From Octopus bimaculoides (lineage: Eukaryota), in NCBI RefSeq assembly GCF_001194135.2, contig NC_068989.1:93080163-93126288 (forward strand): a stretch of 46,126 nucleotides of DNA, read 5' to 3'. The position numbers and the translations under genes were made by a program. The notes below the pieces were generated by a model that saw only the letters and a program-made list of their open reading frames with translations, made no database searches and was not told the origin of the DNA. Positions 33,838-46,019 of the stretch are shown here, piece by piece (the first letter of the stretch is position 1; each line of letters opens with the position of its first letter).

Positions 33838-34199
33838 AACCAAACTTAAATTTTAACATCAGCTGGGTGAATGAACTGAAAGCTTTACATGAAGGTCTCT
33901 GGCCCAGGAGGGGTTCAGTATCCAAGCAGTGCAGATTTGGTCATCATCCTGTTAGTGCAGTGAATAAGACAGACTGGGAAAAAGAAGTCAACAAGATAAG
34001 AATGGCATATTAAGAAGTGAGCCAAAAATGTGAAGATTCTTGAAAAGAATGTTGAACATTTAGAAAGAGATTGGAGTATTTCACGTTTCAATGAATGAAT
34101 AACAAATTACCAACCAAATACTTTATGTTAGGAATGAGAAAAACCTGTATGACTTAGAATTTGAAGAAATACAGAGAAAGATTAACCAAGAATTAGAAG

Positions 34200-34680
34200 A
34201 ACCAACAAACCAAAAACACCAACTCTTTTGTTAATCAGGTAAATGTAATTACCACAGTTGAAGCATGGACAAGTAAGATTGATAAGAGACGTTTCATCAT
34301 AACCATTTTGGTGCTGCTGTTTTGGTGCTGAAGGCTTTTAGTGGTCTGTGGAGGTGATTTGTTGATGAATGAAAATATGTTTCTTGGGCTGCATGTAGAA
34401 GTAACTGAACAACATCCACAAACACCATTGCATTCAAAGACAAACTGTGTTGGTCTTTCACAGATAACAACAGTGGGAGCGAGAGAGATACTGCCTGGAG
34501 TTAATGCCAAGCCATTGAGAGGGCAACATGGGGCTTGCCCAGCACAACTGGAAACAATTGTGCTGTATTCGTTGTGACAGAGGTTCCTGTCATTGCTCTG
34601 TGCTGTCTGTCTTAGAAACCTTCCTGGCCATCTGACTCTTAAAAATGTGTGCCAAACAGTTTCTATAAGGGAAGCCAAAT
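34200..34680 (-). pseudogene. Candidate decayed Penelope-like element linker/GIY-YIG endonuclease fragment
   Basis: CAGQAPCCPLNGLALTPGSISLAPTVV resembles the C..CPL.G.CL...I.Y.A.V motif preceding the GIY-YIG domain of Neptune-type PLEs. Frameshifted KW..NVS.YQ..C..C and LINKR follow in the expected order. The YIG motif itself is not recognisable. Confidence 0.45.
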
Positions 34681-35038
34681 TCTAAGTTTTATGCATGTGG
34701 ATGAGTGAAGCGAATTGAGGAATTCAATGTTAGACAGCTCTTCTTAGTATTAATCTTAAGCCATTCTGTATGTTCCCCATCATTTAATCTGATTAGCCAG
34801 AACCTGGATTATCTGAGTTGCTAATAAAATACCTGCCTGCATCTCATCTTCCTATTCCTTTATGTTGTGTGTGTGTGTGTGTGTGGCGTTCTGATATGAT
34901 GCAGATTGTTGTAATAATGGGTGTGAGTGGTAATTTGTAAAATACACACGTACACAGCATTTCTCATTCTCATTTAACCATTCACCATCTTTCTCTTTGT
35001 CCCCCCCTCTCTCTCTCTTTGTTTTTCTCTTTCTCAAT

Positions 35039-35069
<31 letters not shown>

Positions 35070-36166
35070 NNNNNNNNNNNNNNNNNNNNNNNNNNNNNNN
35101 NNNNNNNNNNNNNNNNNNNNNNNNNNNNNNNNNNNNNNNNNNNNNNNNNNNNNNNNNNNNNNNNNNNNNNNNNNNNNNNNNNNNNNNNNNNNNNNNNNNN
35201 NNNNNNNNNNNNNNNNNNNNNNNNNNNNNNNNNNNNNNNNNNNNNNNCCTTCTGTCTCCCATCACAATATCTTTTCCTACCTTTACCCACATTGTTCCCC
35301 TCAGAACACTCCCTTTTCTCCTCTAATTATCAGCCTCTTCTGCCCCCCCCCCACCGCAATAACCTGCCATCACCCCCACTGCCCGCCTCAACATATGTTT
35401 ATAACATACACAAAGTGGAAAGCTGAAGAATTCTTACCTTAACAACCCCAAGAGAGAACCCAGCAAATTCCTTCCAATCTCTGCTAGCTAAAAACAGCTG
35501 CAGGTTTGTGGTAATGGCACCAGCAGTGGTGGTAGTGGTGGTGGTGGTTGTAGTGGTACTAATGCTGCTGATGGTGAGGGTGATGATGATGGTGGTAGTG
35601 GTAAAAGTGGTGGAGCAGTGGTTGGGATTATGGTAAATGTTGGTGCTGGTGCTGCTGATGATGATGATGAAATTAATGGTCTTTATTTATTAGAGTTCGT
35701 TTGTGTTTTGGTCATTATAAACCAAAATACTACAAATTCTTAACCTTTCTCCATACAAAAAATATACACAAACAGATTAGAATAATTTACAACTCAAGAA
35801 CACAAGATTTTTCAGATGGGTTCAAAGTTAAGCAGCAAAAATTCTGAAATCTTGAGGAAAAAATTATTGTTTCCTAGTTTTTTGTTCTCTTTTTATTATT
35901 TTAATTCAAAATGAATTTAACAGGGACGATGGGGTCAACTTTACTTTTATTTATTTATTTATTCTTTTGCTTGTTTCAGTCATTTGACTGTGGCTATGCT
36001 GGGGCACCACCTCTAGTCAAACAAACTGATCCCAGGACTTATTCTTTGTAAGCCTAGTACTTATTATATCAGCATGACTGAAACAAGTAAAATAGTAAAA
36101 AGAGTATGTGTGTGTGTGTGTATGTATGTGTATATATACGACAGGCTTCTTCCAGTTTCCGTCTAC

Positions 36167-36238
36167 CAAGATGAGGACAAATATCCGTCAAATGCAAACA
36201 ATGTACATAATTCCTCATCTCTTAAATATAGAACTGTA
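36167..36238 (+). mobile_element. 3' tail fragment of the tRNA-headed hammerhead element
   Basis: CAAGATGAGGACAAATATCCGTCAAATG matches 11015-11042, then continues with the segment that is inverted at 10771-10817. Confidence 0.75.
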
Positions 36239-36376
36239 AATTAATTTTTGTTCCAAACATCAGTTTAATAATGGCAAAGTTATTTTACTAAATTCTTTAC
36301 TGTTTCCAAAATTAATCAAGATGAAGAAATACGGTAGAAAAATGGTTAAGTGCTTTGGTAAGGACATAATATAGTC

Positions 36377-36612
36377 CCTGTTTACAGCTATGTAGCCTGA
36401 GGCAGTTGTATGTTAAGTGATTTAGCCTCAGACACAATGAGATTCCTATTTACAGCTAAGCAGACTGAGGCATTGTATGGTAAGTATTTTGACCAGGGAC
36501 ATAACACTTACAGCTAACTAGACTGAGGCATTTTTGTGTTAAATATCTTGGCCACAGACACAATGAAATGCCTGTTTACAGCCAGGTAGACTCTGGCAGT
36601 TATGTGTTAAAT
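36377..36612. repeat. Degenerate minisatellite, about 3.5 units of ~60-68 bp
   Basis: Repeated TTTACAGC...AGACTGAGGCA...TGTTAA...GACACAATG. Confidence 0.65.
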
Positions 36613-37461
36613 GCTAAATTGTTATGTTAAGTTATGTATTAAATGGCAGGAGACTCACCACGGGGCCAATGTTGGAACATAAACCATTCACCTCTCAGCT
36701 GGTTGGCCACTGCCCAAACCATTCGGTTACTCAGTATGTAAATTACATGTTTAATTAAAGACACGGTTAGTTAATTATCACAGTATCACAGTGTGTGTGT
36801 GTGTTCATGCCTTGAAACTGCATGCAATTTGCAAATGAGCATCATTATCGTCATACAAATGAGTTTGTTTCCAGTCTTCCAAGAAGAGACATGTCTGGCC
36901 ATGGCAAAATGTTACCTCATTTAGAAATAAGAGAGGGTTGGTGACAGGAAGAGCATCCGGCTGTAGTAAATCTGCCTCTGCAAATTCCATCCAACCCATG
37001 CAGAGAAAAAATGAGAATGGGAAGTAAAACGACGATGGTGATGATGATGATGACGATGGCAATGATGATGATGATAATGATGATGATAATGATGATGATG
37101 ATCTTATGATGAGGATGATGGTGATGGGGATGATGTATTTATGTCTGGGAAAGTACAAGAACAAGGAAGATGGTAACTTAGCCTCGTCATCAATGATTAA
37201 ACCTGTTACGAAAACTACTTGTATGAAATTCCATTCTTCTTATGAATGAAAGAACAATTTTCTGAAACAGGAATAGTCCGCACCACCATCACCACTGCCA
37301 CCACCATTGCCACTATCACCACCACCACTGCCACCTCCATCAACATCACCATCATCATCACCATCATCATCATAAACGCTATATTTACTGCCTNNNNNNN
37401 NNNCGCTATATTTACTGCCTTCACAACTGATATCACCATAGTTGCCACAACCACTATGAAA

Positions 37462-37502
<41 letters not shown>

Positions 37503-37524
37503 CCATCATCATCATCGTCGTCAC

Positions 37525-37586
<62 letters not shown>

Positions 37587-37639
37587 CTGCCATTGTTATC
37601 ATCATCATCTTCTATTATCTCCACTACTATTAATACTGA

Positions 37640-37856
37640 TTTCAAATTTTGGCACAAGGCCAGCAACTTCTTGGGAGGGGATAAGTCGATTATATCGAGC
37701 CCCCAGTGAATCACTAGTACTTATTTTATTGATGCTGGAAGGATATTGACAGGCAAAGTTGACCCCATCAGCATTTGAACTCAGAGCATGAAGACAGACA
37801 AAACACCCCTAGGCATTCTACCCAGCATGCTAACGAGTCTTACAGCTCACTGCCTA
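37640..37856 (-). mobile_element. SINE family A copy
   Basis: Reverse complement of the family A core. Confidence 0.6.
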
Positions 37857-39644
37857 ATTAATGATAATAACCCTTTCGACCCTAGTGCATAACTGGTACT
37901 AATTTAATCGACCCTTAATATTAATGGAACCTGTATATCAGAAGTTCTCAGCCGTCGCCTCTGGGCCGCATGCAGTTCTTAGGTATCCTTCTAGTGGCCC
38001 TCAACAATCTTCCCTCAATAAATATAATAAATTTTTTCTTTAATTTACTTTCTTTTGGTGAAGCCCCCTAAAAAAGTCCAGGTTTTGGATCTGCCCAGGA
38101 CATTAAAATGGTTGAGGACTCCTGTTGTATATGCTCATGTGACCTGCTAAGAATAGCACCCAAATTCCCTCAAATCACTTCTGACTTTTGTGGGAAATGA
38201 AAGACACAAAGAGCAGTGCACCCTAAAACATACAATTTTGGATGGGATGGTCATATTGGAATGTCTTTCATCAAAAGTCTGTTCAATCAAAGCCAAGCTT
38301 GAGCTAAACAACAAGAAAAGTACAAACAGTCTATGAAAATATCTAAAATTCTTTTGGATCATGGAGAATTAGCTAGATGAGATACTGGAATAAAAAATGA
38401 AGTGGTCATGGCTGGAATGTCTTTGAGCATTAGGTCTGCTTGAGTTGAGGCTGACCTGGGGCTAAACAGCATCACCAATACCACCATTGTTATTATTGCT
38501 ACCAACATCACCGTCATCATCATCATTGTCATCAATGCTGCTACCACTAACACAACTATAATCATCATCATCACCATGAACATCACCGTCATGACCACCA
38601 TGACCACCATGACCANNNNNNNNNNNNNNNNNNNNNNNNNNNNNNNNNNNNNNNNNNNNNNNNNNNNNNNNNNNNNNNNNNNNNNNNNNNNNNNNNNNNN
38701 NNNNNNNNNNNNNNNNNNNNNNNNNNNNNNNNNNNNNNNNNNNNNNNNNNNNNNNNNNNNNNNNNNNNNNNNNNNNNNNNNNNNNNNNNNNNNNNNNNNN
38801 NNNNNNNNNNNNNNNNNNNNNNNNNNNNNNNNNNNNNNNNNNNNNNNNNNNNNNNNNNNNNNNNNNNNNNNNNNNNNNNNNNNNNNNNNNNNNNNNNNNN
38901 NNNNNNNNNNNNNNNNNNNNNNNNNNNNNNNCACCGCCGCCGCCGCCACTACTGCCACCACCGCCACCACCGCCGCCACCATCACCACCACATGTGTTTT
39001 CTTAAGATTTTTCTAGCAAAATATCTTAGAGTCACCACCATTGCTCCAGCTGTCGTCCCTACCAGCATCTCTTTCATTACAGGTATCGCTAGTCATCAGC
39101 ATCACTACCGACATCATCATCATTAACATCATAATCACCACCATTACAAACTCCACCCCCACAACTGCAAACACCATCACCACCGCCACCACACCCATCA
39201 ACTCACCCAACAAGACATTCATTACATTCATCCTCTATGTCATCACCACCACTCCTGTCATCACAGTGATACATCTCACAGACAATGCCGTCATCATAAC
39301 CTACAAGAATCATCTCAAGCTAACAATGAATCCACTACACGGTTGCTGAACCAGCTAGAAATAGAAGCAAAGCTCTTCATACATTTGAGGGATTAAAAAA
39401 AGACAGGATGGTCACATTTGGAACGCTTTTGACTACATGTCCTCTCAGTCAGAGCAGTCAGAGATAACCAAGGATGAGACAACAGAAACAATAAATGAAT
39501 GCAATCCTGTAGAGATTTCAGCTTAGAAATGACCAGTGTGTGATGCCTAATAGCAGCTGATTTGGCTTGCTAGAAATAGCAGTCACGTTTTCTTTGTACC
39601 ACACCTTACAGTGGTTCCAGCCTAATCACTATCAAAACTTCATT

Positions 39645-39772
39645 CCCAACCACATGGTTCCAGGTTCAGTCCGACTGTGTGGCACCTTGGGCAAGTGTTT
39701 TCTCCTAAAGCCTTGGACAGACCAAAGCCTTTTGAGAGGATTTGGTAGATGGAAACTGAATGAAGCTGGTCA
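39645..39772 (+). mobile_element. SINE head C (5'-truncated)
   Basis: Matches the 12568 head. Confidence 0.65.
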
Positions 39773-39786
39773 TGTATATATGTATG

Positions 39787-39824
<38 letters not shown>

Positions 39825-39827
<3 letters not shown>

Positions 39828-40042
39828 TTTTATTCTCTTACTTGTTTCAGCCATTTGACTGTGGCCATGCTGGAGCACTGCCTTTAGTCTAGCAAATTGA
39901 CCCCAGGACTTATTCTTTGTAAGCCTAATACTTATTCTCTCGGTGACTTTTGCCGAACTGCTAAGTTACATGGATGTAAACACACCAGCATCGGTTGTCA
40001 ATGTTGAGGGGGTCAAACACAGACAGACAAATATATACACAT

Positions 40043-40080
<38 letters not shown>

Positions 40081-40220
40081 TGAGCTTCTTTCAGTTTCCA
40101 TCTACCAAATCCATGGACAATGCTTTGGTTCGTCCTGAGAGGCTATAGCAGAAGACACTTGTCCAAGGTGCCATGCAGTGGGACAGAACCCAGAACACTG
40201 TGGCTGAAAAGCAAACTACA
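39825..40220 (-). mobile_element. Bipartite SINE (C+B) with (CA)n spacer
   Basis: Reverse complement of the 12568-12986 layout. Confidence 0.7.
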
Positions 40221-40616
40221 AAATCATTGTACAGTGGATTATCACACACTAAAATATATGATAAATGATATCAGAACACTGCCATGGTATTATTTACATG
40301 ACAGCTAAAAGTATGGTAAAAGTTTTAAGAATAAACACAAGCAAGTTCACTTGCGACGCTGTGCTGGGAAATAATTTATGGAATATGATTCTTGCAAGAT
40401 ATTGCTGGAACACAACTAATGGTAACTAAACAATGGATTTTATTAACCATCTCAAAGATATAATACAAAACTTTGTTTAACTTTAATCTTCAGTTATTTC
40501 GAAAGCATGCCAAAATAAATCATAAATTATGCAATCAAGCAACTAACACTCACTCCGCAGAATTACTGGCATTCTTCCAGAATTTGAAACCATTATTATT
40601 GTTATCATCATCATCA

Positions 40617-40693
<77 letters not shown>

Positions 40694-40703
40694 ATCTTAA
40701 TAT

Positions 40704-40910
40704 AAGGCAGTGAGCTGGCAGAATGGTTAGCACACTGGACAAAGTGCTTAGCAGCATTTCATCCATTTTTTTTAATGTTCTGAGTTCAAATTCTGCCGAG
40801 GTTGACTTTGCCATTCATCCTTTCAGGGTTGAAATGATAAGCCCCAAAGAAACACTGGGGCTGACATAATTGGCTGAGCCCTTTCCACAAAATTTAAGGC
40901 CTTGTACTTT
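40704..40910 (+). mobile_element. SINE family A copy
   Basis: Family A head and core. Confidence 0.65.
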
Positions 40911-40921
40911 ATCACCCTTTC

Positions 40922-41158
40922 ACTTGTTTCAGTCATTTGACTGCGGCCATGCTGGAGTGCCGCCTTCAGTCGAATAAATCGACCCCAGAACTTAGTCTTT
41001 GTATGCCTAGTAGTTATTCTAATAGTCTATTTTGCTGAGCTGCTAATTTACGGGGATGTAAACATACCAACATCGGTTGTCAAGCGATGGTGGGTGTGGG
41101 GGACAAACACAGACACACAAATACATACATACATACATATACATATAAATATATATAT

Positions 41159-41244
<86 letters not shown>

Positions 41245-41391
41245 GACAGGCTTCTTTCAGTTTCCATCTACCAAATCCATTCACAAGGCTTTGGTCGACC
41301 TGAGGCTATAGTAGAAGACATGTCATGAAGACTGAACCCAGAACCATCTGGTTGAGAAGCAAGTTTCTTACCATACAGCCACTCCTGCACC
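40922..41391 (-). mobile_element. Bipartite SINE (C+B) with long (CA)n(TA)n spacer
   Basis: Reverse complement of the 12568-12986 layout. Confidence 0.7.
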
Positions 41392-42021
41392 TATAGTTAT
41401 GTTATGCTGGATGCTCCCAGGTGAGAAGTGAGCTGGTCCACTACTAACAAATAGTGGACTGACACAGTCAGTAGTGTCAATCAATGAGGTATGCTGTTCG
41501 AGCCAGTCCTGCAGAGATGACGAGATACATCGTCATTATGCAGGACATATCACGTTGAAAAGATTATTATTATCTTAGTAAAATTTTGTGATATTATTAT
41601 TGGGTCAGTAAAGGTGGCACAGATGGTAACGTACTGAGTAGTAATCTATTTTCATTGATTAATGACCGAGTTCAAATCCTGCCAGTGAGCTTCGGCATTG
41701 AATTTAAACCCACCATTTGTCAGCAGGAAATATTCATTACATTCAGTTCCATAGACTACAGCTACTCCAACACATCATCTATACCTGTGTAGGTAGAAGT
41801 TATATTGGTTTCAAATTTTGGCACAAGGCCAGCAATTTCGAGGACAGAACATTGACTCCCTGGTCCTCAAATGGTACTTTATTTTATCAACCCTGAAAAG
41901 ATGAAAGGCAAGGATGACCTTGACAGAATTCAAACTCAGAACATAAGGATGGATAAAATTCCGCATGTTGCCTGTCATCCAAACGATTCTGTCAGCTCAA
42001 CACTATTGGTAGATGTTATAT

Positions 42022-42330
42022 TCATCATCATCATCATCGTTTAACATCTGCTTTCCATGCTGGCATGGGTTGGACAGTTTAACTGAGGACTGGCAAGCCG
42101 AGAAGCTGCACCAGGCTCCAATCTGATTTGGCAATGTTTCTACAGCTGGATGCCCTTCCTAACGCCAACCACTCCGAGAGTGTGGTGGGTGCTTTTTACA
42201 TGCCACCAGCACAAGAACCAGTCAGGCAACACTGGCATTGACCATTCTTGAATGGTGCTTTTTACATGCCAATGGTACGGGAGCCAGTCAGCCAGCACTG
42301 GCATTGCCCATGCTCAAATGGTGCTTTTTA
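42022..42330 (-). mobile_element. Retroposon family D copy
   Basis: (CAT)n-CGTTTAACATCTGCTTTCCATGCTGGCATGGG. Confidence 0.65.
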
Positions 42331-42789
42331 TATTATGCAACAGAAATCCATACAGGGTCAAAGGGTCACCAACTGACCAAGGTACACCAAAAGCCAAGTA
42401 ACTTAGCGAGCAAATAACAAGACTTTACGTTTAATGTATCGGAGAGGTTGATAATGAGTGTATGATAAATGGCTTATAACACGATTAGTACAATATAAAT
42501 CATAAAGATTATTACAATTAAATTATGATAGCATGAATGCTACAGGATATATTGCTGTGGGTGGGATAGGGTAGGGGAGAGTCGATGAGAAATGATATGG
42601 TTTATGGAATAACTATCAGAGTGTAAATTGTAAGGATTTTGATACTTTAACTGTAATAGGGTAAATGATATGGGTTATTTAGTCAAGAACTGATCAGCTG
42701 ATATCACATGGAACATTTAAAACCAGCTAATCCACTTATCTACTGGATGCTTGTATATACATACACACACACATATGCATACATACATA

Positions 42790-42822
<33 letters not shown>

Positions 42823-43496
42823 NNNNNNNNNNNNNNNNNNNNNNNNNNNNNNNNNNNNNNNNNNNNNNNNNNNNNNNNNNNNNNNNNNNNNNNNNNNNNN
42901 NNNNNNNNNNNNNNNNNNNNNNNNNNNNNNNNNNNNNNNNNNNNNNNNNNNNNNNNNNNNNNNNNNNNNNNNNNNNNNNNNNNNNNNNNNNNNNNNNNNN
43001 NNNNNNNNNNNNNNNNNNNNNNNNNNNNNNNNNNNNNNNNNNNNNNNNNNNNNNNNNNNNNNNNNNNNNNNNNNNNNNNNNNNNNNNNNNNNNNNNNNNN
43101 NNNNNNNNNNNNNNNNNNNNNNNNNNNNNNNNNNNNNNNNNNNNNNNNNNNNNNNNNNNNNNNNNNNNNNNNNNNNNNNNNNNNNNNNNNNNNNNNNNNN
43201 NNNNNNNNNNNNNNNNNNNNNNNNNNNNNNNNNNNNNNNNNNNNNNNNNNNNNNNNNNNNNNNNNNNNNNNNNNNNNNNNNNNNNNNNNNNNNNNNNNNN
43301 NNNNNNNNNNNNNNNNNNNNNNNNNNNNNNNNNNNNNNNNNNNNNNNNNNNGCTCGAAAATCCTACGGGAGCCAGTCAGGCGGTACTGGCAACGGCCACG
43401 CTCAAAATGGTGCATCTCATGTGCCACCCGCACAAGAACCAGTCCAGGGGCACTGGCAACGATCTTACTTGGCTTGCCGGGTCTTCTCACGCACAG

Positions 43497-43540
<44 letters not shown>

Positions 43541-43879
43541 CATAGATACATAGATGCATGCATATATATAAATATATATTCATATATATATATATATGAA
43601 CATACTACTAACATACATACACACACACACATTTCCCTGTTATCTATCTCATTCATTTGTCATTGATCACCCTCTCCATCCCCCACCTTATCTTCCTTCC
43701 ATCACTATACATCTCCTCCTCCCCCATTCACTCTTGCTGACCTCTCTCCCTCTCTCCCTTTCCACTGTCTCCTCTCTCCTTCTTTTCTCCCCTTTTGCAT
43801 CATTCTCCCTGTCTTGGGCCCTTGTGGCCAATAAAAGCAATCATCGTCATCGTCATCATCATTATTATTAATTAGCAAA

Positions 43880-44077
43880 CCAGGCTAAGTGCTTAGCAGT
43901 ATTTGGTCCTTCTTTATGTTCTGAGTTCAAATCCCATCGAGGTCAACTTTGCCGTTCATTTTTTTCGGGGTTCATGAAATAAGTAATGGGGTCAATGTAA
44001 TCTTCTAGCACTGGGGTCGATGTAATCGACCAGTCCCTTCTCCCAAATTTCAGGCCTTGTGCCTATAAGTAGAAAGG
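43880..44077 (+). mobile_element. SINE family A copy ending in (ATT)n 44078-44166
   Basis: Family A core. Confidence 0.6.
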
Positions 44078-44166
<89 letters not shown>

Positions 44167-44697
44167 GTGATGAAAACTCACAGCTTATTGTGCTGGTTAT
44201 GATGGAAAGTGTCAGCTGTCCACAGCCAGCAGACTAAAGTGGCGCTTGTTTATGGTCGTGCTTCAAGAACCCAGCTACATAACTTCACCACATTCAAGTT
44301 TAGCAACTTACCACTCAGCCACTTGCTGAAACAATCTGTACTGCAGTAATTATCACGATGGTTTCAGCACTAGAAGTGGTGGCTAAAGAAACCCATTGTG
44401 TGTGTAGGGACCTCGCTTCACCCTGCCTAAGATTTGAAACCAAATCTACCTGCTTGTTGCATGTCGAAACAAGCGGTGAAATCCTCTCCACACCAATTGA
44501 TTGATGAGGAAGCACTTGACCCCCTAGGATCTGTGTTGGTCATTATAAACTCACCAATCATTGTTTCAATTGACAGGACAAAGAAGTTTTTCCCACTGCA
44601 AACTGATTTGGTCAGTGAAAGTGCAACAAGTAATTCTGAGATGCGGTTTCAAATCTCAAGCAATAGAAATGATATTCATTCTTTATATATATATATA

Positions 44698-44735
<38 letters not shown>

Positions 44736-45637
44736 TGTGTGTGTGTGCGCGTGTGTGTCTGTGTGTGTGTGTGTCTGTGTGTGTGTCTGTGTTTGTACCC
44801 CACCACCATCGCTTGACAATTAATGTTGGTGTGTTTATGTCCCCGTAACTTAGCGGTTCAACAAAAGTGAATGACACAATAAGTACCAGGCTTACAAAGA
44901 ATAACGAAGGGAGACAAGGGGAGAGAGGGGGGAGAGAGAAAGAGAGAGAGAGAAGTTTCCACTTCATGCTTATCTCAACCTAAACTAAATTTTTCTTAGT
45001 GTTTGTATATGATAATCATAATGAATTGAAGTGAACACTCAACACACCTGAATACACACACTCAACACACACGCACACATCGCATCACACTCAGACACAC
45101 CCACAGGCATACATCTTAATGACTGTTTATTAAACAATGTGCAGCATCTGTTTACATGTCTTAACAGAACTGAAGTTCCAGGAGCAACTAAAGCTGGAAT
45201 TTCTGAAGAAACAGCTTTGGAATGGAGGAGGCGGGGAAGGAGATTTGGTGGTGGTGGTGGTGACGAGGTGTGTTTGTGCCAGATATGACTCTCACCTTTG
45301 ATCTAAGACTATCATGTGTCTAAAAGAGTAAAAAGATCTTGCGGAAAATTCAGAACACACCAAAGTGTATGAGTGTGTGGGTGTATATGTGTGTGTTTGT
45401 GTGTGTGTGTGTGTGCTTGTGCATGTATATATGGCTGTGAGGTTAAGCAGCTTGCTTTGCAGCCAAGTGATTTTGGATTCACTTCCATTGCACAACACCT
45501 TAGGCAAGTGTCTTCTACTCTAGCTCTAGGCTGACCAATGCCTTGTGAGTGATATCGATAGAGAGAACCCTTCAAACAAGAGCCTCAATAAAAGCTATAT
45601 ATATATATATATATAGATAGATAGATAGATAGATATA

Positions 45638-45781
45638 CAGGGTTGGCCAAAACTCACTTGACAGTAAATCAAGACCATTTAATTCCAAGATTAAAACAAA
45701 AAATTATTTTATATGAGACTTTGCTAATAAATAGACAAATGTTATTAAAAAAACGGTAATTTTAACTCACAGCATTCAATT
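45638..45781 (+). mobile_element. Possible truncated left end of a Tc1/mariner-type element
   Basis: TA-CAGGGTTGGCCAAAA start resembles the 30590 terminus; no partner TIR seen. Confidence 0.3.
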
Positions 45782-46019
45782 ATTAAATATGCAGTGGGAC
45801 TGAATCTGGAACCATGTAGTTGGGAAGCAAGCTTATTATCACCCGGCCACTTCTGCACCTATTTATATATATATATATGTATGTGTGTGTCCTATATAAA
45901 CGAATAAGTTTGTTTTTAAAGCAAAATATATATATATATATATAAACAAAAGTAAATGAGTATATGCATATATACGTACAGGTGTGTGCATACCGACATC
46001 CACCTGTATGTATAGGTGC

